64,000 bases of DNA, taken from assembly GCA_000004985.1 (NCBI GenBank), contig GG738893.1. One strand, written 5' to 3'. Under the pieces are notes generated by a model. That model was not told the origin of the DNA and searched no databases. It saw only the letters and a list, made by a program, of their open reading frames with translations. Below, piece after piece: positions 1-10,647 of the stretch; the first letter of the stretch is position 1; each line of letters begins with the position of its first letter. The translations under genes and the position numbers were made by a program. Source of the stretch: Naegleria gruberi (Eukaryota).

Positions 1-10
1 ACAAGTCAAA

Positions 11-1153
11 ATGAGGGTTTACACTTGTGGTGCAACACTTCATGTGACAGGTTCTGGTTCATTTTACAAAAAAATGTCTACAAGTCATTCAGTAGATCAC
101 TTTTCAATGTTGCCCTATGAAATTTTACAAATGATTTTGGCATTTGCTGTTGATCGGAAATTGTCGGATTGCAGTGCCATACAGTCACATGTGGAGTTTG
201 TGGCAAATTTTCAATCCTTGAGTAAGAAGATTAATGATTTGAAGGAGATGGCGGAATGTTTCAATGAATTTTGGTGGAATTTATTTAAGAGTTTTAGTTT
301 TGCAACTGAAAATTATTCAAACGGGAAGGAATTGGAGCAATTGAAAAGTAAATTGATAAAAAATCGAGAGCTCAGAAGGAAGATTTTACTTTTCCGATAT
401 GTTAAATACAAAACTCTATCGAATAATAATTCTCAACAACAAATGTTAATATTACTGGTAAGGGATTTTATATAGTTCAACATTTTCTTAAATGATAAAG
501 TTCTTGGAAGTGAAAGAGTAGGAAAATCATCCATTACAATATTCTTTGTAACAAATTTTGTAATTGATGATCATGAGTCATCGTTTGAGGATACCTATGT
601 TAAACAATTGAAAATAGACAGACTATCGGTCAAACTTGCAATTTTAGACACAAGTAAGTTGTTGAATATGTGAAATTTACACAATGAAATAGTTGAATCG
701 GATTATCATTATTTGAGAGAAACACATATTCTATATGCAGATGGTTTTGTCTTGATTTGCTCTGTGGATAACATAAAATCACTTGTGGGAATTCGAGAAC
801 AAGTTGCAAAAATTGTAAGAGTGAAAGATCTCGAAGTCAATAGCACTCCAATTGTGTTTGTAATTAACAAGATTGATTTATTACAAAATGACAATAGGAA
901 ACAAACAATCGATGAATTCAAAAAGGAAATTAATAATATAATCAAAGAGTATGACTTGGTGAATACAAGTACAATGCTGAGCAGTGTTAAAAGTGAACCA
1001 GAGAAAATTACTTTAATATTTGAGGAATTGGTAAAAAGACAAATTCTGCAAGGTGACAATATAGAAATTCTTAAAAATGTTGTAGAGAAAGATTGGTCAT
1101 ACATTCAGGAATGCAACAATACATTGAATAAGAAGAAGTGCTCATTAATGTAA
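11..1153 (+). CDS. F-box-like N-terminal region joined to a Ras-superfamily small GTPase domain with a degenerate G3 motif. Multi-exon: about 11..457, 476..653, 693..1153. May be 5' truncated at the window edge.
   Basis: The three ORF pieces share one frame (mod 3 = 2). The 11..475 ORF has an LPYEILQMIL F-box-like motif and a GTAAGG donor at 458. Frame 476..653 translates to VLGSERVGKSSITIFF...FEDTYVKQLKIDRLSVKLAILDT, which is the Ras G1 P-loop and switch I. A GTAAGT donor lies at 654 and an AG acceptor at 691-692. The 693..1153 piece gives ...YLRETHILYADGFVLICSVDN...FVINKIDLL, which has the NKxD G4 motif. DTIE stands where DTAGQ is expected. Confidence 0.45.
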
Positions 1154-1220
1154 TTGACTTGTGAATTTGTCATTTGGAAATTTAAGGATGATGTGAACAG
1201 GAAAATTATTTAAAGTTAAT

Positions 1221-3770
1221 TTAATCATCATTGCCAGCATACTTATTGTACACAGAACCCAGGAAGCTCTTTGGAATTTCCATTTTGTCCAGCCTTACAG
1301 GTTGTGGTTTGTTGTGAGGTCTGGAAAATGAAGAGCAACAAGCCCAAATAATATAACTAACTTGCACACTAAGCCATCTAGCATGTCCTCTGGAATCAAC
1401 ACATTCTGCCATTAATTCTTTTCTATTTCTATCAGAGCTGAACATTTTCATGAGAGAAGCTGAATCATTATTATTGGTGGATTTTAGATTTGAAGGAGGA
1501 AGATCAATACCTGGAATCTTTAAAGAATAGACATTGACTTCTGGGAGGTTAGGTAAGTGCTTATTAATTTGAGTTACAGCAAATCTGATAATGAAGAGAA
1601 GACCCAGTCTCGGGTATGTTGGGAATTCCACGTCTGGAATACCTTCCAACTTTTCTAATTCTTGTAAAATCTTTGGGATGTTAAATACTACATTATGTTG
1701 ACTGCTAATTGTAACATTTTCAACATCTTTCTTTTTGAAAGAAATAATGCATTGTTTCAAAGAATGAATAAGCTCCTTGAAGGTTAATGGTGGGATAAAT
1801 CCAACATCCATTGACATTCTCTCGTTTCTATTTGGCAGCTCAATAAGAGTCTTTTCAATAAGCATTAACAATGAAGGAATTGATATATCTAACGGAATGA
1901 CCATGTCTAGTTCATCAACATGACTTGAAATATACTCAAAGATCTTTAAAATAATGTTAGTCAGTGTCATACTACTAAAGTTAGGACACTCAATGTTTGG
2001 TTCATCCAATGTTTCAAACATCTCTGCAATAATTTCAAAAGCAGATGCAAAATTAGTTTCACCAAATCCTAAATCAATCTTCTTTTCGGTGAAATTCTTC
2101 ATAAAGAAGCATCTTGATGCAATTCTACACACTGAGGATGGTTTCTCAAATGCTTTCACACCAGGAAGCCACACTTTTGGATCTTGAACTCTATCAATCT
2201 TCTTGATTAAATGTTCAAATACCATAAACTTGGAAAGTTTGAATAAATTCTTCTTTAAAATCTTTGAGATTGCAATCTCAGTTTCCTTTTCCTTTTTTTG
2301 TGTCTTGATATTTGATTTTAAGAAGATACCATGTCGACCTTCTTCTGTATTGAATTGACCATAATAAATGGTTGAAAACATTGTATAGGGGAATCTTCTT
2401 GCTCTCTTGTATGAACTCTCTTTCTTTTTTGAATTGTATGCGAAAGTGTAGATTGCTTGATCTGTTAAACATAATAATCTTTCTTGGAATTGACCTCTGT
2501 GATTAATCTTATTTACTGTCCATCCATACTTGAATTCCTCAGCCTTCTTTGCTTGTATTCCTTCACTTTTTTCGTAATCTGCCCAATACTGATTGATACT
2601 CTCAATGCAGTTTTGTTTTTCTTCTTCTTTTAATTGGTAAAAGCTCTCAGAGTTTGAAATGATTTCTAATAAAGGATCCACGGTTTTAAAATTCAATGCA
2701 GCATAGTTTGTGAGATCCTTCATCAATTCAATAAGATCGTCTTGTTCCTGATTTGTTATCTGTTCTAATTTTACAAATTTCTTTCTCATCATTTCAAATT
2801 TACAAGCAATTCCAATAGCTTTTGAAATTTCTTTTGGAGAAACATGACCAATGTGATATCTATAAACACCATAAATATACAAGGTCTTTTTACAAATATA
2901 ACAAAAACCAGAATCTGGAGGTTTTGGTTTTCTATCATCTTCACTGTTTCTAAACACTATTGTATCAACGGCATCTGCAATTTCATTTGCTTCCAAGCCA
3001 TGTTCATGAGTTACAAGTCTGAAAGCACTGATTAGTGAAAGAATGGAATAACTACATTCCAGACTGCAAAAGTTACTTAGACAAAGGTCAACATTTCCTG
3101 CCTTTTCAAATGATTCCCAATCCACTTCAATCTTGAGGTCATAACTTGGAAGCAACATTTCACCCTTAATAGAATTTTGAGAAATTGAAATTGATCTTGT
3201 GATAAACTCTTGATAGTATTCTCTATTAACTCCTAGAAGAGAACCCAACTTTAACATGAAAGAATTACTGCCAACATCTCCCATAAGGGAAGGTCCTTCA
3301 TCAAATACAACAGCAATTTGTAAATTTCCATCAATAAGAGTTAATGTTGTAGAGTTAATATCAGATATTACCGAGTACTCTTCATCACATCGTTGATAAT
3401 CTAATCCATCAGCAACAAATAATGTCTCGTTCACCAGCTCTTCTTTCAAGAATGGTTTTGCTGCTACCGTTATCTTTTTAACCTTTTGAGCAAAGGATGT
3501 TCTTATATTCTCGTAATCTTCTCTCTGTAATAAAAACTCTATAACATCTAACAAGTGTCCGAGAATGAAAAAGCCATCCCAAACTTGAAGATGTTCCAGA
3601 GAATTTTCAAAGTTATTACTAAATTGTTTAATACTTGAAAAATTAACCTCTACATCTATCAGTTCTCCAATAAGGGACATAAGCTTGTCTTTAACAGCTG
3701 GTATAATCTCTCCCTTAATTTTATCCTCCATAATTTGAGCCTGAAGGTTAACTTTTACACTCATCTCCAA
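1221..3770 (-). CDS. Large hypothetical protein of 849 aa with no recognisable catalytic motif.
   Basis: Uninterrupted 2.55-kb ORF with coding-like codon usage. No confident family assignment could be made from motifs. Confidence 0.5.
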   Translation of the reverse strand: MEMSVKVNLQAQIMEDKIKGEIIPAVKDKLMSLIGELIDVEVNFSSIKQFSNNFENSLEHLQVWDGFFILGHLLDVIEFLLQREDYENIRTSFAQKVKKITVAAKPFLKEELVNETLFVADGLDYQRCDEEYSVISDINSTTLTLIDGNLQIAVVFDEGPSLMGDVGSNSFMLKLGSLLGVNREYYQEFITRSISISQNSIKGEMLLPSYDLKIEVDWESFEKAGNVDLCLSNFCSLECSYSILSLISAFRLVTHEHGLEANEIADAVDTIVFRNSEDDRKPKPPDSGFCYICKKTLYIYGVYRYHIGHVSPKEISKAIGIACKFEMMRKKFVKLEQITNQEQDDLIELMKDLTNYAALNFKTVDPLLEIISNSESFYQLKEEEKQNCIESINQYWADYEKSEGIQAKKAEEFKYGWTVNKINHRGQFQERLLCLTDQAIYTFAYNSKKKESSYKRARRFPYTMFSTIYYGQFNTEEGRHGIFLKSNIKTQKKEKETEIAISKILKKNLFKLSKFMVFEHLIKKIDRVQDPKVWLPGVKAFEKPSSVCRIASRCFFMKNFTEKKIDLGFGETNFASAFEIIAEMFETLDEPNIECPNFSSMTLTNIILKIFEYISSHVDELDMVIPLDISIPSLLMLIEKTLIELPNRNERMSMDVGFIPPLTFKELIHSLKQCIISFKKKDVENVTISSQHNVVFNIPKILQELEKLEGIPDVEFPTYPRLGLLFIIRFAVTQINKHLPNLPEVNVYSLKIPGIDLPPSNLKSTNNNDSASLMKMFSSDRNRKELMAECVDSRGHARWLSVQVSYIIWACCSSFSRPHNKPQPVRLDKMEIPKSFLGSVYNKYAGNDD

Positions 3771-4223
3771 TTCTTTTTAATTTTTTTGATGATGAAGAGA
3801 ATGGCCAATGATCACTCAAACTTGTTTTACTGTTCTTAAAAAGTCGACATGGTATTTGCTGCTCTCTCAAGAAATAGTAATCAACATGCCAAAACTCTAA
3901 AACTCTGCTATCATTTTTTCAATTCAAAGACCATTATTATTAAATAATAGTGCTTTATCAATAAGCTTTAGAATGGTTTTAAAGCATGTTAGTGAATTTG
4001 TCTTGCCTTAAAAAATAATATAAAATAATTCAAACCAGAATAAATTCTTCTGCTCTTAAAAAATATCATCGGAAGAGTGGTACCATTAATGATATATAAC
4101 AACTGATGAAGCAAATTGTGCCGCCTCAGGCGGAAAGTTAATATGTCGATAAACACTCTCATGACCTTTATTCTGATCTGTTTCTTTGATAATAAGATTA
4201 TCAAATAGAGTTTCAATATTGAT

Positions 4224-5729
4224 TTGAATTTTGATTTTTACATCCATCAAAAAATGAGAAGAAGCTTGTTATTGAGGAGAAAGAATGTTTGCTCTTCCGA
4301 ATTTAATTTAATGAAGAGTGCTATTACTTGCACTGCTACTTCTTCTAAAATGTCTTTCGGAACAAGCCAATACAATTTTGCAACAAGGAGAGTTATTGCT
4401 AATGGTGATAATACAGAGGATGAGTTGTCGAGAGAATTATCACCTCTCTATCCAAAAATTAAAACAACAAGATTATTTACACTTTTATATAGTGGACAAA
4501 TGTTTTCGGATTTGGCACTATCAGATGCAACCTTGCAACGAGTTAAAACAATTTTGAATGATTCTCTCTTCCTAGGAGTGGATAAACCAAGTCATAGATT
4601 TATTGATGAGGAAATTAAAACCAGAAGACAAAAAGTTCCAATAGTAACAATTATGGACTTGTTATCGTATGATGAAAAGGAAATTGCAGCTTTGGATAAT
4701 CAAATGCAAATATATCAACAAACAACTAAAGAGCTTGCACCTCAGGACAAATGGAATTATTGTGACGTTCTCATTAAGAAAATTAATCACTCACTGGAAA
4801 GCAATGAAATAAGACGTGTGGATCCACTTATGAAATTATTGACAAACATTTTGAAATCATTAGGAGTTGAATCACCAGAAGAACACCCAACAATTTGCTA
4901 TTTAATGAACAAAAGACTGCTTCACGATGCAGATAGAGAATTTTATAAGGCAAACGAAGAACTGTTGCAAACAATGAGGAGTATGCCAAAAGATGTTTTT
5001 GATAATGACAAAGATGTAAATAGAAAGAAGGTAGTCGACTCTGCAAAGGCAGAACAATTAGCAAAATTATTAATTGGAGATTTCAAATTTAAGAGGGCAA
5101 TTTACATGATGCAATTATCTGCAGAGGTTTACGATATTATATTGGAGAAGCACAGAGAGCACTTTACTCAAAAAGAAATTGAAATTATCAAATCAGATCG
5201 CGAAAGAAGATACTACTGTCTCATTCAGCTACATGCTTTTGTATCTTCTTTGGCAAGTGAATATGCTCATGTCTGTAGAAAAGACTCTAGGGAATATTAT
5301 GTAGATAATGGAAATGCTTTATATTTGCTAATGACTAGAGATTATTCAATTGATGCCAGGAAAGAAGGAAAGCTCAAGTCAGCTTTCAGAAAAGAAGCCA
5401 GTATTAATGCATTTGCTGTAACCAAGTATATTCGTCATTTGAAAAAGAAGTCACCAGAAATTGAGAAACGTTATCCAATGGTTAAAATTGTTGGACTCAA
5501 TGCTACCAGATCTCTATTACCACACAGATTTAGAAATCTTGCACTCGTACTTGTAGCATTGGGATTGATCTATTTATGCTATCTGATAGTTCTCTACATT
5601 TTGGATATTAGAAAAGCAGATAGAGAAATTGCAGAAGCAAAAGCTCAACGAAGACGAGAAATGATTGAAATTCTGAAACCTCAGACTGAAACTGAAAAAC
5701 AACTTTCAAATGATGACGATGAGTTTTAA
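4224..5729 (+). CDS. Hypothetical protein of 501 aa with one C-terminal transmembrane helix followed by a charged tail (tail-anchored-like).
   Basis: Long ORF. Hydrophobic stretch NLALVLVALGLIYLCYLIVLYIL near the C-terminus, followed by a K/E/R-rich tail. Confidence 0.45.
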   Translation: MNFDFYIHQKMRRSLLLRRKNVCSSEFNLMKSAITCTATSSKMSFGTSQYNFATRRVIANGDNTEDELSRELSPLYPKIKTTRLFTLLYSGQMFSDLALSDATLQRVKTILNDSLFLGVDKPSHRFIDEEIKTRRQKVPIVTIMDLLSYDEKEIAALDNQMQIYQQTTKELAPQDKWNYCDVLIKKINHSLESNEIRRVDPLMKLLTNILKSLGVESPEEHPTICYLMNKRLLHDADREFYKANEELLQTMRSMPKDVFDNDKDVNRKKVVDSAKAEQLAKLLIGDFKFKRAIYMMQLSAEVYDIILEKHREHFTQKEIEIIKSDRERRYYCLIQLHAFVSSLASEYAHVCRKDSREYYVDNGNALYLLMTRDYSIDARKEGKLKSAFRKEASINAFAVTKYIRHLKKKSPEIEKRYPMVKIVGLNATRSLLPHRFRNLALVLVALGLIYLCYLIVLYILDIRKADREIAEAKAQRRREMIEILKPQTETEKQLSNDDDEF

Positions 5730-5843
5730 ATAAATTTCAATTTCAAATTGTTTTTTATCACTAAACATGTTGCAACATCAATTTCCAACATGAAATAAAT
5801 ATTTGAAGTTGATTAATATAATAAATTCAGAAAACATAAAAAA

Positions 5844-8800
5844 ATGGTCAACATTAGCTCGGAGAAACTTCATCAAACACAACAAGATACTGAACATGTG
5901 AGAAATATTTGTATTATTGCTCACGTTGATCACGGAAAAACAACATTATCAGATTTTTTAATATCCAGTAATGGAATCATCAGTAGTAACTTGGCAGGAA
6001 AGATGAGATACATGGATAGTACAGCCTACGAACAAGAAAAGAGAATTACAATGAAAAGTAGTGCTATTAGTTTATTATATAAAGATAAAAACGATGAAAA
6101 TTCGGATGAATATATAATTAATTTAATCGATTCACCAGGGCACGTGGATTTTAGTAGTGAAGTGAGTACAGCAGCAAGACTTTCCGATGGATGTTTAGTG
6201 TTAGTGGATGTTGTTGAAGGTGTTTGTACACAAACAAAGACAGTTCTTGAACAAGCCTTCAGAGAAAATATTAAACCATGTCTAGTTTTAAATAAGATTG
6301 ATCGTTTGATACTTGAAAAACAAATGACACCAATGGAAGCTTACAAACAAATGTTACACATTTTACAACAAGTCAACGTATTATTGACAACTTTTGTTAC
6401 AGTTCAATTATTCAAGAAAATTAATGAACAAGATGAAAAGAAGGAAGATACAAAGGAAGAGGAAACAAAGGATCAATCAAAGCAACAATATGACAATGTT
6501 TTTGATGATAATGAAGTTGACAGTAATGACTTTTTCTCACCATCAAAGGGTAACGTTTTGTTTGCTAGTGCCTATGATGGTTGGGGATTTAGAATTAATG
6601 ATTTTAGTGAAATTTTCTCAAAGAAGATGGGTATGAATAAGAATACACTTCAACAAACACTTTGGGGTGATTTTTATTTGAATCCAAAGAAGAAAGCAAT
6701 CTCAAAAAAGCCAATCAAAGATGATCAACCAAATATGTTTGTTCAATTCATTTTGCAAAACATTTATAGTGCATACGATTGTTTACTGATTAATCGTGAT
6801 GAAGAAAAGATTAAGAAAATGATCCAAGCTTTAGATTTGAATTTATCTAAAGCATTCTTGTCAAAGAATGATCACAAGAGTCAGCTTAAAACATTGATGA
6901 ATCAATGGTTACCAATGTCTGATTCCATCTTATCTATGGTTGTTAGCAGGTTACCAAATCCAAAAGAAGCTCAAAAGGAAAGAGTCTTAGACCTTATTCC
7001 AGAATTAAAGACAATCAAGGATAAAACCAATGAAACTAAGAAATCAAACCAAGTCAATGCTGAAATTAGAACTCAAAGAAGAAAGCTGAAGAAGAATTTA
7101 ATGCAATGCGACAAGAGTGATAATGCTGAAGTGTTGATTTTCGTTTCAAAGATGTTCGAAGCTGATGAAATACCAACCCAAGGTGGTTCAGCAACTAAGA
7201 TAGATCAAATCCAACTTCAAAGAGAAAGATTGAGAAAACTCAGAGAAGAAAGATTAAAGCAAAAGGAGCTCGGAGAAACTTCCACAACAGAAACTGACTC
7301 TGCTCAACCTACTGAAGGTTCTGAATCAACAGAAACAAATGAAGAAAATAACCAAGAGAATGATACTGAAGCAAGCAAGCTTGTTGCTTTTTGTAGAATT
7401 TTCAGTGGTACAATCAGAGTTGGACAAACTTTGCATATTCTTGGCCCAAGATACAATGCTTCCAATCCTAATGAAGATCGTATCGAATTCAAGGTTGATA
7501 AGCTCTTCCTTTTGATGGGTAGAGGTCTGGAATGTGTTGATAGTGTGCCAGCTGGTAATATTTTCGGTTTGGGTGGTGTTGGTAAGCATATTTTGAAAAC
7601 TGCCACTATTTCATCAAGCACTCATTCACCAATCTTCTCGGCAATGTATGTCCAATCTATTCCTATTGTTAGATTTGCTATAGAACCACAAAATTTGATG
7701 GATATGCCAAAATTGGTTAAGGGTCTCAAACTCTTGAACCAAGCCGATCCATCTGTTGAAGTACTTGTACAAGAAACAGGTGAACATGTTATTGTCACTG
7801 CTGGAGAAGTCCATGCCGAAAGATGTATAAGAGATTTGAATGAAAGATTCGCCAAGGTTCCAATAACTGTTTCTCCACCACTTGTCAGTTTCAGAGAAAC
7901 TATTATTGAACAACAAAAGGAACCAGTAATAGCCTCTAAGAAAACTGGTAACAAGAGATGGACCATCAAGATTAAGGCTATTCCACTCCCTGAAAATATT
8001 GCCCACTACATCGATAAACATAAGGAAGATTTCAGAGCTTATTTCTCTAACGACTCTAGAAGAACATCCAAGTCTGTCTTTGTTACCTCTGAGGTTATTG
8101 ATGGATTGAAACAACAATTTATTGATGCAGGAAAGCAATGGGAAACTGAGTGGGATAATGTGTGGTGTTTAGGTCCAAGAAGAATTGGTCCAAATGTACT
8201 CTTGAATCACATTCCAGATTACAAAACACCAAACTTTGAACCTTTGCACAAACAAGTTGCTGACATGTTGGCAGAAAATGAAGACGAAGAAACAACAGCA
8301 ACAGAGGAACCAGTTGAAACATCTGAAAGAATAGAATCCCTTAAACAATTTGATCACAGTTTTATTTCAGGCTTCCAACTTGCTACAAACTCTGGTCCAT
8401 TGTGTGACGAACCAATGTATGGCGTTTGTTTCTGTATTGAAGATGTAGTTTTCGAAACTGAGGGAATTCATGACGAAGACTTTGGTGGTCCATTTACTGG
8501 ACAAATCATGAGTTCAATGAAGACTGCTTGTAGAAAATCCTTTGATAACAGTCAAAGAAGATTGGTAGAAGCCATGTACGATTGTGAAATTCAAGCTACC
8601 AATGAAAGTGTTGGTAGTGTTTGTGATGTTTTGAGAAGAAGAAGAGCCAAGATTTATTCAGATGATATGGAGGAAGGAAGTGGTCTCTTCATTATCAAAT
8701 GTCACTTGCCAGTTGCTGAAAGTTTTGGATTTTCAGAAGAATTAAGAACAAGAACAAGTGGTGCTGCTCAACCTCAAATTGCATTCTCACATTGGCAAAT

Positions 8801-8993
8801 TCTCGATGTGGATCCATTCTTTGTTCCAACCACTGAAGATGAGCTTGAAGAATGGGGAGAAAAGGGTCTTATCAATATTCCAAATATTGCCAAGCAATAT
8901 ATTGATGCTGTAAGAAAGAGAAAGGGTTTGATGCTTGACAAGAAGACTGTTGAATCTGCTGAAAAGCAAAGAAACTTATCAAAGAAGAAGTAA
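5844..8993 (+). CDS. EFL1: Elongation factor-like GTPase 1 (EFL1/Ria1), an EF-2 paralog involved in 60S ribosomal subunit maturation.
   Basis: 1049-aa intronless ORF. G1 motif AHVDHGKTTLSD, LINLIDSPGHVDFSSEV and NKIDRL are present. A long acidic insertion lies between the G domain and domain II, as in EFL1 but not eEF2. The C-terminal ...AVRKRKGL....AEKQRNLSKKK matches the EFL1 C-terminus. Confidence 0.85.
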   Translation: MVNISSEKLHQTQQDTEHVRNICIIAHVDHGKTTLSDFLISSNGIISSNLAGKMRYMDSTAYEQEKRITMKSSAISLLYKDKNDENSDEYIINLIDSPGHVDFSSEVSTAARLSDGCLVLVDVVEGVCTQTKTVLEQAFRENIKPCLVLNKIDRLILEKQMTPMEAYKQMLHILQQVNVLLTTFVTVQLFKKINEQDEKKEDTKEEETKDQSKQQYDNVFDDNEVDSNDFFSPSKGNVLFASAYDGWGFRINDFSEIFSKKMGMNKNTLQQTLWGDFYLNPKKKAISKKPIKDDQPNMFVQFILQNIYSAYDCLLINRDEEKIKKMIQALDLNLSKAFLSKNDHKSQLKTLMNQWLPMSDSILSMVVSRLPNPKEAQKERVLDLIPELKTIKDKTNETKKSNQVNAEIRTQRRKLKKNLMQCDKSDNAEVLIFVSKMFEADEIPTQGGSATKIDQIQLQRERLRKLREERLKQKELGETSTTETDSAQPTEGSESTETNEENNQENDTEASKLVAFCRIFSGTIRVGQTLHILGPRYNASNPNEDRIEFKVDKLFLLMGRGLECVDSVPAGNIFGLGGVGKHILKTATISSSTHSPIFSAMYVQSIPIVRFAIEPQNLMDMPKLVKGLKLLNQADPSVEVLVQETGEHVIVTAGEVHAERCIRDLNERFAKVPITVSPPLVSFRETIIEQQKEPVIASKKTGNKRWTIKIKAIPLPENIAHYIDKHKEDFRAYFSNDSRRTSKSVFVTSEVIDGLKQQFIDAGKQWETEWDNVWCLGPRRIGPNVLLNHIPDYKTPNFEPLHKQVADMLAENEDEETTATEEPVETSERIESLKQFDHSFISGFQLATNSGPLCDEPMYGVCFCIEDVVFETEGIHDEDFGGPFTGQIMSSMKTACRKSFDNSQRRLVEAMYDCEIQATNESVGSVCDVLRRRRAKIYSDDMEEGSGLFIIKCHLPVAESFGFSEELRTRTSGAAQPQIAFSHWQILDVDPFFVPTTEDELEEWGEKGLINIPNIAKQYIDAVRKRKGLMLDKKTVESAEKQRNLSKKK

Positions 8994-9152
8994 AATATCT
9001 TGCTGATCACCCTTATTTAAACTTTGAGTCAACAGTCACAAATCACTTGATTAATCCCAAGTTTTACGACGTTCAATTCAAGTTTCCCATTTATTGAACT
9101 TGTGAATTACTAAATGAGAGAAACCAAATTAGTATATTGTTTACAATCTTTA

Positions 9153-10631
9153 TTAATTAGTATATTCAAGTAAAGTATTAAAAACCCATCTAATAATTGT
9201 GTTTTTAATTATTACACTTTCGACTCCCAATGGTTGCGAGAGAGCATGTTTAATCTTTGCTTCTTTATCACCATTAAAACTAATTAGTGCGTCAATAATA
9301 TTTTCAAAATCACTTCCATAAATTTCAACAATCACAAGCCTGTTTTCGGATATTCCAATACACTCTTTCAATAAAACATGTATTTCGTCTTCTTTCCAAC
9401 ATTTTGGAGTTAATTTATCGAGAACAACATTACCAATTATTATCCTTCCTGAAGCTCTCTGTAATGCTGGAATATTTAAAACACTAGTAGAATATTGTGA
9501 AACAGTGTGCATTTGAGAGGATCCAATATTTGCAATATTTGATGATATATCTGAAAAAGGAGTATGTGAATATTCTAAAGTTTGTGGGGATGAATTATTT
9601 TGAAAGAATCCAGACTGAAAACAAATCATTTCTCTATACAAATCTTTCTTTTTCGTACAGTAATTATGAAATAGAGAATACAATTCATTGCTTAATAAAT
9701 TCTGCAAGCCCTTCTTAGACAGTAATAATACTTGAAAACCTCCTTTCTTCAATTGTAACCAAGACTCTGTTCCAACCCTTGACTTTGTGTAGCTTAATTT
9801 TCCATCGTCCTGTAAATAGCATGTTTCTGTTATTAGAAGTGATCCAGAATTATCAGCATTATTTTCAATGACTCTCTGCAATTCGTCTGAAAATCCCAGA
9901 ACTACCATTATTAATAAAAAGTGTAAATTATCTCCCTGTAATGATGGTTTTTCATCACAGCTATAGGTATTGGGTAGGAAATTTACCGCTTGATCGATTT
10001 CCTTTTGTAAAAGATCCTTAGTAAAATTCTTTTCAAACAATTCCACATCAAACAATAATAATTTTCTTAATAATTGAGATGAAGTTTTGTTCAAAGTTAT
10101 TAATATATCAAATCCAGTATTTGTTTCTCCACCAGGAATAGCAGCACAAAATTGATTTCCACTCATAGCGTCATCTAACACTGAAATAAATGATGTATAA
10201 CTAGTTTTTAGGTACTTTCCAAATCCCATCGTTTGGTAGTCGAACTTCTCAGTCGTACTTGTTGGTGAAAATCCAGGAATTAACTTATTATGTGTTTCAA
10301 AATTGGAAGGTAATTCTAAATTACTAAAAAAGGTATCTTTGAATATGCCACCACATAAATCCCCAAATAGAATAACTTCTCTTGTTTTTGTAAATGAGAT
10401 AACTAACATTTCAGCCAATAGATCAATGACCGATAATTCCAATGCCTTGGGAGCTTTGAGAACATTGTTATTGTTTTGCAATAATTGGTAACGAATTCCA
10501 CTGATAGGTGCTTTAAATTGTGCCAAGTTCTTTAAAATACTATCTTTCATTAGCTTGGGAATGATAATCTTGATGACATTATCTTCCAAAACTTGAAAAT
10601 GGAGTTTCAAATAAGGAATTATTTCAATCAA
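9153..10631 (-). CDS. Hypothetical protein of 492 aa.
   Basis: Uninterrupted ORF with coding-like composition. No family recognised. Confidence 0.45.
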   Translation of the reverse strand: MIEIIPYLKLHFQVLEDNVIKIIIPKLMKDSILKNLAQFKAPISGIRYQLLQNNNNVLKAPKALELSVIDLLAEMLVISFTKTREVILFGDLCGGIFKDTFFSNLELPSNFETHNKLIPGFSPTSTTEKFDYQTMGFGKYLKTSYTSFISVLDDAMSGNQFCAAIPGGETNTGFDILITLNKTSSQLLRKLLLFDVELFEKNFTKDLLQKEIDQAVNFLPNTYSCDEKPSLQGDNLHFLLIMVVLGFSDELQRVIENNADNSGSLLITETCYLQDDGKLSYTKSRVGTESWLQLKKGGFQVLLLSKKGLQNLLSNELYSLFHNYCTKKKDLYREMICFQSGFFQNNSSPQTLEYSHTPFSDISSNIANIGSSQMHTVSQYSTSVLNIPALQRASGRIIIGNVVLDKLTPKCWKEDEIHVLLKECIGISENRLVIVEIYGSDFENIIDALISFNGDKEAKIKHALSQPLGVESVIIKNTIIRWVFNTLLEYTN

Positions 10632-10647
10632 GTTTCTCCAACTCCTG

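Noticed and set aside
1954-2187. Many short (60-100 aa) ORFs antisense to or overlapping large genes. Examples: 1954..2187, 2278..2472, 7304..8357 cluster, 15088..16405 cluster, 30544..30859, 31996..32268.
   Set aside because: These lie inside confidently identified CDS on the opposite strand or in an alternate frame (EFL1, CDC48, PI3K and others). They show no independent motifs and are typical shadow ORFs.
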